Below are positions 42,501 to 50,164 of a DNA stretch of 61,683 nt, in pieces. The first letter of the stretch is position 1. The number at the start of each line of letters is the position of its first letter. The position numbers and the translations under genes are program-made. The notes below the pieces were generated by a model. The model saw nothing but the letters and a program-made list of their open reading frames with translations. It was not told the origin of the DNA and did not search any database. The stretch lies in sequence record SRR20825006_861, one strand, 5' to 3'.

Positions 42501-44546
42501 GCGGGATTTGGCGTCGGCTTCCTCGACGGTGACGAGCATCACGGACTGTTGGTTTGACGGCGAGGGGAGCGTGGAGAGGTGGAGGCTGAGGCGCTTGTTC
42601 GGGTCGTCGTCGGTGCGGATGCCGGTGATGGACATCTCCTCGTTGGTGCGCGCGAGCTTGTGGAGCCCCGCGTTGAGCGCGGCGCGCAGATCTCCTGTCG
42701 TCAGCGAGATGATGTCGTGGGCCATCTTGCCCGATTCGTGGCGAAGGTATCTCCCACCATCCCCGAAGACGTGGATGATGTTGAACTCCTGGTCGACCAG
42801 AAAGCTCGTCGGGACGTAGCGCGAGAGCAGGCTGTCGTAGGCATGCTGGACGGTGACATCGAGGACGTTGCGCTCGAAGAGCGGGCGTCGGAACTTGACG
42901 TTTGGCGTCGGTCGAGAGGCGCGCGGGCGAAGGTTCGGGAGCATGCGCCCGTAGCGCGCGTTCATGTCCTGTTTCTTGATGAAGACCTTCTCCTTGCGAT
43001 CGAGCGTCTCGAAGCGCGAGTCGAGCATGCCGAGCTGCTCCGAAGATCCGAGAAAGAGGTAACCGCTGTTACGCAGCGCGAAGTGGAAGGTCGAGAGCAC
43101 CGTCGCCTGGCTCTCGGCGAGCAGGTAAATCAGGACGTTGCGGCACGAGATCAGATCCATGTTCGTGAAGGGAGGATCCGAGAGCATGTTGTGCGTGGCG
43201 AACACGATCATGTTGCGCAGCGTCGGCTTGACCTGCCAGCCCTGATTGTTGTGCGTGAAGAACGCCTCGCGCTGTGAGCCCGTGACCTTGGCGAGCTCCG
43301 CCTCGGAGTAGATGCCGTTGGCGGCGCGCTTGAGCGAGCCGTGGTGGACATCGGTCGCAAAGATCTTGATATTCTCGAGCGAGTACTGCCGCTTGACCGC
43401 CTCCTCGTACAGGAGGATCGCGATCGAGTAAGCCTCCTCGCCGCTCGCGCACCCGGCGATCCAGACGCGCAGCTCGTCGCGGTTCACTGCCTCGTCAAAG
43501 AGCGCCGGGATGACGCGCTCGCGCAGGCGCTCGAAGGCGTCTTCATCGCGGAAGAATTGCGTGACGCCGATGAGCAGATCTTGATAGAGGAGCTCGACCT
43601 CGTCCGGGTTCTGCTGGAGGTGCTCGCAGAAGGCTTGCGGCGTGTCGAGCTCGAGCATCTTCATGCGGCGGTGAATGCGCCGCATGACCGTGGTCGACTT
43701 GTACTTCTTGAAGTCGAGGTTGTAGCGCGTGTTCAGGAGCGCGTACACGCTCCCAAAGCCCGAGTACTCATCGTTGCCGCCTTCGCCATCACCCGCCTGC
43801 TGATCGAGGTAACCGATGTGACGAAGCAACACGTTGGGGATATCCCAGGGGGTCGCCACGCTGTCCACGATGCCCGTGGCGAGCGCGCTGTGTGGCATCC
43901 CGGAGAACTTGGCCGAGGCGTGATCCTGGACGACCACGAGGCCGCCGGCCTCGTGGATGTCGCGCACGCCGTTGGTGCCATCCGAGCCCGTCCCCGAGAG
44001 CACGATGCCGATGGTGCGCTTGCCGAAGGCTTCCGCCGCCGAGGAGAAGAAGATGTTGATCGGGTGGTTGATGCCATCCTTGAGCTGGCGGTCGCGCAGC
44101 AGGAAGAAGCTCCCGCGAAGCTCGACCTCTTTCCCTGGCGGGATCAGGTACACCGTGTTTGGCGCCAGCGGCTGCCCCTGCTCGATGTTGATCACGGGCA
44201 TGCGCGCGCGACGAGAGAGCAGGTCTCCGAGCAGGCTTTTGAAGTCGGGCGAGAGGTGCTGGATGATGACAAACGCCGCGCCCGTGTCGTCTGGCAAGCC
44301 CTCGAGCAGGCGCTCGAGCGCCTCGAGTCCTCCCGCGGAGGCGCCGATGGCCACGAGGTATCGCGGCTTGTTGTGCGGATCTTCGTAGCCGCGAGCGCCC
44401 GGCTCCTTGAGCTCGACGGGGTTTTGATTGGTTGGGAGCGGGTCCGCTGACGTGCCTGGCTGCTCCTGTACCTGGGATGGTTCAGGTGATGTGTGTGACG
44501 ATTCCGAAGGTCGCGAACCCTTCGGGTCGCTCTTCTCATCCTGCAT
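39534..44546 (-). CDS. CheB-CheR-PAS hybrid histidine kinase with C-terminal receiver
   Basis: CheB (GASAGG, IQHL, GSDG); CheR (GCASGEEAYS, DLISCRNVLIY); (N)EELQS coiled coil; several PAS domains; AHDFNN H-box; FFSTKFVGRGLGL; REC. ATG 44546 with GAGGAG RBS. Confidence 0.93.
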   Translation of the reverse strand: MQDEKSDPKGSRPSESSHTSPEPSQVQEQPGTSADPLPTNQNPVELKEPGARGYEDPHNKPRYLVAIGASAGGLEALERLLEGLPDDTGAAFVIIQHLSPDFKSLLGDLLSRRARMPVINIEQGQPLAPNTVYLIPPGKEVELRGSFFLLRDRQLKDGINHPINIFFSSAAEAFGKRTIGIVLSGTGSDGTNGVRDIHEAGGLVVVQDHASAKFSGMPHSALATGIVDSVATPWDIPNVLLRHIGYLDQQAGDGEGGNDEYSGFGSVYALLNTRYNLDFKKYKSTTVMRRIHRRMKMLELDTPQAFCEHLQQNPDEVELLYQDLLIGVTQFFRDEDAFERLRERVIPALFDEAVNRDELRVWIAGCASGEEAYSIAILLYEEAVKRQYSLENIKIFATDVHHGSLKRAANGIYSEAELAKVTGSQREAFFTHNNQGWQVKPTLRNMIVFATHNMLSDPPFTNMDLISCRNVLIYLLAESQATVLSTFHFALRNSGYLFLGSSEQLGMLDSRFETLDRKEKVFIKKQDMNARYGRMLPNLRPRASRPTPNVKFRRPLFERNVLDVTVQHAYDSLLSRYVPTSFLVDQEFNIIHVFGDGGRYLRHESGKMAHDIISLTTGDLRAALNAGLHKLARTNEEMSITGIRTDDDPNKRLSLHLSTLPSPSNQQSVMLVTVEEADAKSRVHAQRQLPAPEDGVIEGEPGDQHLDMDEESRRHIDQLEYELSYTREHLQSTIEELAASNEELQATNEEMVVSNEELQSTNEELHSLNEELYTVNAEYQRKIEELTELNSDLNNLLSSTNIGTLFLDNDLKIRKFTDATADIFNLIPQDVGRPITHISSNIEISNWAERAQRVMRSGRQEEEEVTSRQSNRTFLLRVSPYRTETGSIEGVVITFTDITRMREAENKQLQLQERFQQLADNIAVSYQLVALDPQRSLYTSPSFEAIWRHSPYKLEDHPYGWLSSVLPEDRPRVEEVIHNTAASSSPSIEFRIRASDEPTGHAWIRLQIFPIGTETGAIYRRALLAEDITERKYQEIELKRLQSEREEQTALVEAIMRTTTDRVTIHNEDFEVTYKNDAAQTDVVLPEEPRKQLEQALAQVVADGQPRAISLQWRDKDGEHYNELSLTPMVDSQQERVMGVISVSRDLGEQLLTERRMLAAEFNRQSLLDTVPMPLAIINSDANFQLANEAFTELFMIDLDEAIGSSFGQVLGEDFYIPLAPRIAEAIAGNEQHFDVRYDRGKSDTRELQFSFVPQRKDDQVYDGFTVIVEDLTEERRSTRDRQRLAEQTQHSQRLESLGALAGGIAHDFNNMLSVTLTYADLGLRTLPEDDGVIDYFQNIKDITKRASQMCHQMLVFSGKGTFEDEPFQINDALTDINHLISVTIPEGIESAFSLSEDLPQTRGDLNQLQQAVINLTKNAIEAIDGTGDILFKTGGTILDEAFCQRYMLRSDLKPGRYVTLSISDTGVGIPEAHLDRIMEPFFSTKFVGRGLGLSTVLATTHAMGGAITVQTTPNAGTTVTLFLPGLTGMHLPEPAPPTGPLRILIVDDEEPLLRPINRLLSAEGFDTMTARNGFEAIKCLRVAPEPLDVALIDISMPGLDGVETARQLRLLQPGLPVLLTSGYASMIQSQGIPFDDITRFAKKPWNNIELLETLRDLSGREPEKHALED

Positions 44547-44783
44547 AGAGCCGCTCCTCTGTATTCCATGTGGAGAGCACCCTGGCCAGAGCCTGTAAAT
44601 GGTGCCCTCTCTGTTTGGATAGTTTCGACAGATGAGTCTTCTGGAAATCAGGGCGCATGTCAATCGCGTCTTTGGCTCCGTTTTTGGTGCGATATCTCGC
44701 GCTCACGGGCGCACAGAATGCAGAGGTGAGGGGTTTCTGTAAGATTGCGTGAAGGCAGTGACGATAATCCTCGGAGAGTCTTC

Positions 44784-44825
44784 ATGACGCGCTGCGTCAT
44801 TTTTCTTGATGACGCGGCGCGTCAT
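44784..44825. promoter_or_regulatory. Twin palindromic operator ATGACGC-N3-GCGTCAT
   Basis: atgacgc-gct-gcgtcat (44784-44800) and atgacgc-ggc-gcgtcat (44809-44825) in a divergent intergenic region. Confidence 0.6.
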
Positions 44826-44914
44826 GTGTGTAAGATCATTGATGAAGCAGCCGCGATCGGCTGCTCGATGATGGCGACATCATCTCTCACTGCAATTTTC
44901 AAGGAACCTTTGTC

Positions 44915-45382
44915 ATGGCTACCTCACTCCTCGATCGCTTCGAACTATCCACGCTCACCGAGCTGCCCGAGCGCGCTCAGCGCGAGCTCGAGCAGCGCAC
45001 CACAAGCGCCAGGCGCAAGCTCGAAGACTCCCAGGCAAGAGCGCTCGGGCAACTGCGCGACTCCTCGCGTCAGCTCGCCTTCCGCGTCGCCTCCAATTCG
45101 CTGCAGACCGCATCGTCACTGCTCGTGCGTGCTCCCCTCAAGCCCGCGCCCGTGACCCGCTCCGCCGAGCGCCTCGAGCGCTGCGCTGCCTTCTGGGGAG
45201 AGCGCGAGCGCTCCGTCGATGCGCCCGCCCTCGAAGGCTACGATGACCTCAACGTCAAGCAGGTCAACGCCTCCCTCGATGACCTCGACGTCTACCAGCT
45301 CGAGAAACTGCGCGCGTATGAGGCGGCCAATAAAAACCGCGTCACCATCCTGCGCGAGGTCGAGCGTCGCCTCGAGCGCTGA
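44915..45382 (+). CDS. Small helical protein with C-terminal YDDL...YE..NKNR.TIL module (granule/lipid-droplet-associated-like)
   Basis: AAGGA RBS; amphipathic coiled-coil N-terminus; C-terminal EGYDDLNVKQV...LEKLRAYEAANKNRVTILREVERRL. The functional label is tentative. Confidence 0.7.
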   Translation: MATSLLDRFELSTLTELPERAQRELEQRTTSARRKLEDSQARALGQLRDSSRQLAFRVASNSLQTASSLLVRAPLKPAPVTRSAERLERCAAFWGERERSVDAPALEGYDDLNVKQVNASLDDLDVYQLEKLRAYEAANKNRVTILREVERRLER

Positions 45383-45390
45383 GGTCTGCC

Positions 45391-46554
45391 GTGGACTTCG
45401 GGCTCATACGCAGCCTCGCCCATCACCGCCCGACACCTCGCGCCTGGGACAGCGTTTGCCTCGCGCTCGAGGTGCTCGGCGATGATCCGGCCTTCGCTCA
45501 CCAGCGCGATTACCTGCTCTCGATCATCGCGAGGCGGTGGCCTCTCTCCTCACGCCGCTGCCCTCCACGATGGATCGAACAGCTCCTCTATCGCGCTGGT
45601 GATTGGCGATGGCTCACCGAGGAGGACGTCCCCAGACCTCCCGGACCATGGCTCCACGCTGTCAGCGCGCTCGATGTCATGGATCTGACGCTCCCGGTCT
45701 CTCCAGGGGATTTCTCCAGGCTGCTCGGCTCGCCATGGCTCTCGCACCTCGAGAGCGTTCGCTGGCGCGCGGCGAGCCTGCTCGTCACGGATTTCGAGCT
45801 CTCTCGACAGCTCGATCGGCTGCACACCCTCGAGCTCGTCTACACGGGCGCCGCCGGAGGCGCGGCGTTCGCCGATGCGATGGCCTCTTGTGAGGCGTTC
45901 CCCTCCCTGAAAAACTTGCGCATGGAGCGCTTCTCGATGGGAGATCAGGGGATGACTGCGTTGATGAACTCACCGCTGTTCACGCGCCTTCGTCGCTGTG
46001 AACTCGGCGGAAATGGACTCACCTCCGATGGGCTAACCTCGATCGCAAGGGACCTCGACCCCGCATATATCGCACACGACCTCGAGCACCTCGGTCTCGA
46101 TGGTCAGGCGCTCGACGCCAGGGCGCTGCTTTGTTTGCTCGATAGCCCGAGGTTCCCCGCGCTCCGCTCGCTGTCCGCTCCCGTCGATTGTATCGACGAG
46201 GCCGTCGCGACCGCTGCCTCCAAACGCCACATCACGCTCACGGGCGCCACGCACTCGAGCGGCATCCTCGTCCAAATCATCAGTAAACATACTCGCGATA
46301 TGCACGGGTTCTTTCCCAAGGAAATCGTGCACATCGGGCGAACACATCTGCTCAATGACCTCACCATCCCGGAGCAGGGTATCTCCAGGAGGCACTGTCG
46401 CCTGCTTCATCACGGCGGAGAGCTGTATATCGAGGATATGATGAGCGCGCGGGGGACATGCATCAATGGGATCAAGCGCGCTCGCGCGAGCCTCGCGCCA
46501 GAGGATGTCGTCGAGGTCGGCGAGTGTGCGTTTCGCGCGAGGTTGGTCGCCTGA
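45391..46554 (+). CDS. FG..R...W domain + leucine-rich repeats + C-terminal FHA domain
   Basis: LRRs LHTLEL, LKNLRM, LRRCELGGNGL and LEHLGLDG; FHA motifs IGR...NDL.I....ISRRHC and EDMMSARGTCING. Confidence 0.8.
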   Translation: MDFGLIRSLAHHRPTPRAWDSVCLALEVLGDDPAFAHQRDYLLSIIARRWPLSSRRCPPRWIEQLLYRAGDWRWLTEEDVPRPPGPWLHAVSALDVMDLTLPVSPGDFSRLLGSPWLSHLESVRWRAASLLVTDFELSRQLDRLHTLELVYTGAAGGAAFADAMASCEAFPSLKNLRMERFSMGDQGMTALMNSPLFTRLRRCELGGNGLTSDGLTSIARDLDPAYIAHDLEHLGLDGQALDARALLCLLDSPRFPALRSLSAPVDCIDEAVATAASKRHITLTGATHSSGILVQIISKHTRDMHGFFPKEIVHIGRTHLLNDLTIPEQGISRRHCRLLHHGGELYIEDMMSARGTCINGIKRARASLAPEDVVEVGECAFRARLVA

Positions 46555-46558
46555 GCGA

Positions 46559-47860
46559 TCAGGGTTGCAGCATTAACCTGGCGCGCGCATCGACCTCGAT
46601 GCTCCCGTCGAGGATGCCAGTCGCCTGCTCGCCATCATCCCCGAGGACATGCTTCCTCGCGAAGGCCAGGCTATAGGCGCGCACGATGTAGTCACCCTCG
46701 GCCGCGGGCATGTTCGGGCAATTGCCGAGCGAGAAGGTCTCGTGACACCCTCCCTCGATCTGCACCCAACCCGCATCCAGCCCTTCGCTTCGTGACCACT
46801 GAAGCTCGGCGGCTTCAGCATTCATCGAGGAGTCCTCATCTCCCGTCAGCATCAGCATCGGGATGCTCGCGCTCTTTAACCCATCGCTCGCCGACCAGTT
46901 CTCACCGAGCGTCCCGGCGGTCGGCAAACCCGCGACCGCGCGAGGTTCACTCAGATCGCTGGCGAACACCTCCAGGTCGGCCTGTGTGCACCCGGGACCC
47001 CCTGCGTCGATGTTGTTCGAGCATTGCTCCTCGACGCGTGCGGCGTCGAATTTTGCGCCCGCGCCAAGCCACGTCGTCCAACCCCCGAAGCTGTGCCCGC
47101 TCAAGAAGACGCGGTCTGTCACGAGCTTTCCTGCCAGAGGATCGCCATCCTCGAGGTTTGCCGCCGCGTCGAGCGCGGTGCGAAGATCGAGCGGTCTCGA
47201 GTAATAGAGCGGCATCGGACGAGGGTCCTTGTGATCCACGCTCGTGTTGTTGGTGTGGTCCGGCGCGACGATCACCCAGCCGTGGGTGACGAAGTGAAAC
47301 AACAACGGCGCTTCGGCTGCGGCGTACCCCTGGTTGCCATGCGAGTGCAGGTGCACCGGGAACTTGCCATCTTCATGGATCGATGGCGCGACGCTCGCGT
47401 CCACGAACACGGCCTCTCGCTCGCGGAAAAGCCCCAGATAGCGCGGTCGCTCGCCGGTGGTGTCGAGCGTGGGGTACCAGAGGTTAACGCCGATCGTGCG
47501 CTCGGGGCCTCCTGGCGCAGGCGTATACGTGACCTCGAAGTGCCTGTAGCCGATGCCGTAAGGGCCGGGTTCGAGGATGTCGAGCGAGAGAGGATCTTCT
47601 GGCAGCGCGACCGCCATATCCTCCTCGCGCATGTCGAGGTCCTCTCCCATATCATCGGGTGACGCGAGATCTTCCTGCTCGGTCATATCCGCGACAGGGT
47701 TCAGGTCGCCTTCGCTCATGTCATCGCTGCCCTGATCTCGCGAGGACATCATATTCATATCCTCGGAGTCTCCATCACCTCGCGAGCAGCCGAACACGCC
47801 AGTGAGAATGAGTATGAGGAGGGAGGCATGGAGGGAAGTGAGGCGTGGAGCTTTCATGGA
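46559..47860 (-). CDS. Alpha/beta-hydrolase lipoprotein (PAF-acetylhydrolase/dienelactone-hydrolase-like)
   Basis: Lipobox VFGC, DM linker, VNLWYP, HSHG, VAPDH, nucleophile GHSFGG, LTGDED and GGCHETF. Confidence 0.85.
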   Translation of the reverse strand, partial: SMKAPRLTSLHASLLILILTGVFGCSRGDGDSEDMNMMSSRDQGSDDMSEGDLNPVADMTEQEDLASPDDMGEDLDMREEDMAVALPEDPLSLDILEPGPYGIGYRHFEVTYTPAPGGPERTIGVNLWYPTLDTTGERPRYLGLFREREAVFVDASVAPSIHEDGKFPVHLHSHGNQGYAAAEAPLLFHFVTHGWVIVAPDHTNNTSVDHKDPRPMPLYYSRPLDLRTALDAAANLEDGDPLAGKLVTDRVFLSGHSFGGWTTWLGAGAKFDAARVEEQCSNNIDAGGPGCTQADLEVFASDLSEPRAVAGLPTAGTLGENWSASDGLKSASIPMLMLTGDEDSSMNAEAAELQWSRSEGLDAGWVQIEGGCHETFSLGNCPNMPAAEGDYIVRAYSLAFARKHVLGDDGEQATGILDGSIEVDARARLMLQP

Positions 47861-47905
47861 ACGTTCCGGGGCAAAGGGGGGAATCACAAAGCATTTGTCG
47901 TCTTG

Positions 47906-48832
47906 TCAGTTGGCGTCGAGCTCTTCTGCGTCCGCGTAGAGGAAGGCTGGCGCGGCCTCGAAATCGACCGCCAACGAGAGCTTCTGGCACTTGCCCTCTT
48001 CATCCTTGTCGAGGTCCGCGCTGCGCGAGAGCACCGAGCGGATCACACCCAAAAGATCCGTGCCGTCCTCGATCGTCTCGAGCAACTCGAGGATCTCTGC
48101 GACCTCTATCGCGCCCGCCATCATACCTTCGATGGAGCCATCCTCGTGCACGCGCGCCTCGATCTGAGCGTCGAAGATGGTGACGAGCAGTTGGTTGTTG
48201 CCGATTTGCATCGGGAGCGAGAGCTCGAACGGTCCCGCCAACAAGACACCACCCTCGATGATGGCATCATCCACGCTCGAGGTCGGCGCCTCCAGGTCTG
48301 GGTCGAATGTTTGGCCAGGTTCGATGAGGCCGAGCGCGCCGATGGTGGGGCGCCCGTCGAGTCGCTGGAAGCGAACCTCGAGGCAGGCATCCTGCTCGAT
48401 GTCCTCTAGGCGGTGGAGCTGCATACCGAGCAACACATCGCCGTTGTTGATGGCGCGCTGGATCGCGGACTCGAACCCTTCGGCGCCGCCCACTGCTTCT
48501 ATGGCAGGCAAGAGCCTCGCGAATTGGTTGTCGATCCCTTCGACGCCCTCGGGGGTCGTGTAGTCAGACTTGAAACACCCTTCGCTGCTGTCAGACCCGG
48601 AGACGTGCATGTCGAGGTCCATCCCTCGCGAGATGTCTCCCTCCGCGCGGATGAAGTCGAGCTTTCGAATCACCGCGAGCTGCGGCTCGTGTGAGGGGCC
48701 ACACATGTGAACCTCCTCTCGCACATCGGGCGCCTCAGGCTCGGGCTCTGTCGCCGGTCCACACGCGCTCGCGAAGCTGCTCGTCAGAAACGTCAGCGCG
48801 AGCAGTGTGCTGTGATATCTGCGCTCGACCAT
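47906..48832 (-). CDS. Hypothetical lipoprotein
   Basis: Lipobox FASAC; GMDLD...GC...EGIDNQF; beta-rich body; ADLDKDEEGKC near the C-terminus. Starts 3 nt after the DUF1552 gene stop. Confidence 0.75.
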   Translation of the reverse strand: MVERRYHSTLLALTFLTSSFASACGPATEPEPEAPDVREEVHMCGPSHEPQLAVIRKLDFIRAEGDISRGMDLDMHVSGSDSSEGCFKSDYTTPEGVEGIDNQFARLLPAIEAVGGAEGFESAIQRAINNGDVLLGMQLHRLEDIEQDACLEVRFQRLDGRPTIGALGLIEPGQTFDPDLEAPTSSVDDAIIEGGVLLAGPFELSLPMQIGNNQLLVTIFDAQIEARVHEDGSIEGMMAGAIEVAEILELLETIEDGTDLLGVIRSVLSRSADLDKDEEGKCQKLSLAVDFEAAPAFLYADAEELDAN

Positions 48833-48835
48833 CGC

Positions 48836-50164
48836 TCACACCTCCAGCGCGCCGAGGCTGTCCGGGGTGAACCCCTCGTCGACGCCAAAACCCTCGGCGT
48901 TGATTCCCAGCGCGCGCATCATCGTCACGTGCACCTTGCTCGCGTTCTCCTTGTTCTGCGAGCGATAGTGATAGCCCTTCCTGAGCTTTCCTCCGGCGCT
49001 CCCGGCGATAAGGATCGGGAACTCGTCGAGCGAGTGGGTGCGGCCGTAGGAGACATCGGTCGTGATCAGCACGCCGCAGTTGTCGAGCAGCGTGGCGTCT
49101 CCCTCGGGGACGGCTCGCAATGTCTCGAGCATATAGGCGACCTCTTCCATCAACTGGAGCACGATGGCGTGAACCTGAGGTTGCTCGCCAGGTTCATCGT
49201 GGGTGAGTTGATGGTGACCGGCCATCGCCCCCTGGAACAGGAGGTTGTTCACCGGAGCGGTGATGAAGTTCGAGAAGACGCGCGTCTGATCGCAGGCGAG
49301 CGCCATCGCCATGATGTCGCACATGGCGCGATTCTTCTCGGTGAGCTGTGGCCTGCCGTCGATGTCGGGATAGTCCATCATGGGGACTTCATCCGGGCGC
49401 ATGCACGCCGCGCGCGATGGCGGATCTTCCTCGAGCCTGGCGAGCCTGAGCTCGAGCTCTCGAATCGAGGTGAAGTGCTGATCGAGGCGGCGTCTGTCAT
49501 TCGCGCCGACCTCTCCCTTTAGCTTCTTCGTATCCTCCATCACCGCGTCCAGGACGCTTCGCCGCAACGCGATCCTGGGATCGACCTCGCCATCCTCGCC
49601 GGGCGCGCGAAAGCCCGCGCCGAAGACGCGCTCGTAGAGCGCGAATGGGCTCGTCTCTGGAGGATTTCTGCTGTCCGGGCCATTGTAGGAGCTTCCTCCT
49701 CTTGCCTGCGCGCCGAACTCGATCGACTTGAAGCGTGTGGTCTGGCCGATCTCGTTGGCGATGATCTGGTCGATGCTCGGCGCGCGGAAGGTGTTGTGCT
49801 CCCCCTCGATAATCAATGACGCGCCAGAGAGGATGCCCGCCTCGCCAGAGCCATGCGGGATGTCATTGGGGGTCTTGACCTCCATCCCGCTGATGACGCT
49901 GAACTCGCTCTCCAAACCGCGCAACGGCTCGAGCTGCTCCGAGAGCGACCACGTCTCACCCTCGCCGACAGGAACCCATCGCTCGGGGTGGACGCCGTTG
50001 CCAAAGAAGAAGAGCCCGAACCGGGGAGGGAGGCGCTCGCCATTGGCCATCGCCTTACCCGAGTTGTCCAGGAAGGCATCGAGCAAGGGAAGCCCGACGG
50101 TCACAGCGCCTGCTCCCGCGAGCATGCCGCGCAACATCGCGCGTCTGTGGAACTTGCGTCGCAT
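48836..50164 (-). CDS. DUF1552 domain protein (twin-arginine signal)
   Basis: RRAMLRG...VGLPLLDAF, FFFGNG, SIDQIIA, RRSVLD, LDQHFTSIRELE, ALACDQTRV, HHQLTH, EGDATLLDN and FPILIAG; GGAGG RBS with GTGATG overlap. Confidence 0.9.
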   Translation of the reverse strand: MRRKFHRRAMLRGMLAGAGAVTVGLPLLDAFLDNSGKAMANGERLPPRFGLFFFGNGVHPERWVPVGEGETWSLSEQLEPLRGLESEFSVISGMEVKTPNDIPHGSGEAGILSGASLIIEGEHNTFRAPSIDQIIANEIGQTTRFKSIEFGAQARGGSSYNGPDSRNPPETSPFALYERVFGAGFRAPGEDGEVDPRIALRRSVLDAVMEDTKKLKGEVGANDRRRLDQHFTSIRELELRLARLEEDPPSRAACMRPDEVPMMDYPDIDGRPQLTEKNRAMCDIMAMALACDQTRVFSNFITAPVNNLLFQGAMAGHHQLTHDEPGEQPQVHAIVLQLMEEVAYMLETLRAVPEGDATLLDNCGVLITTDVSYGRTHSLDEFPILIAGSAGGKLRKGYHYRSQNKENASKVHVTMMRALGINAEGFGVDEGFTPDSLGALEV

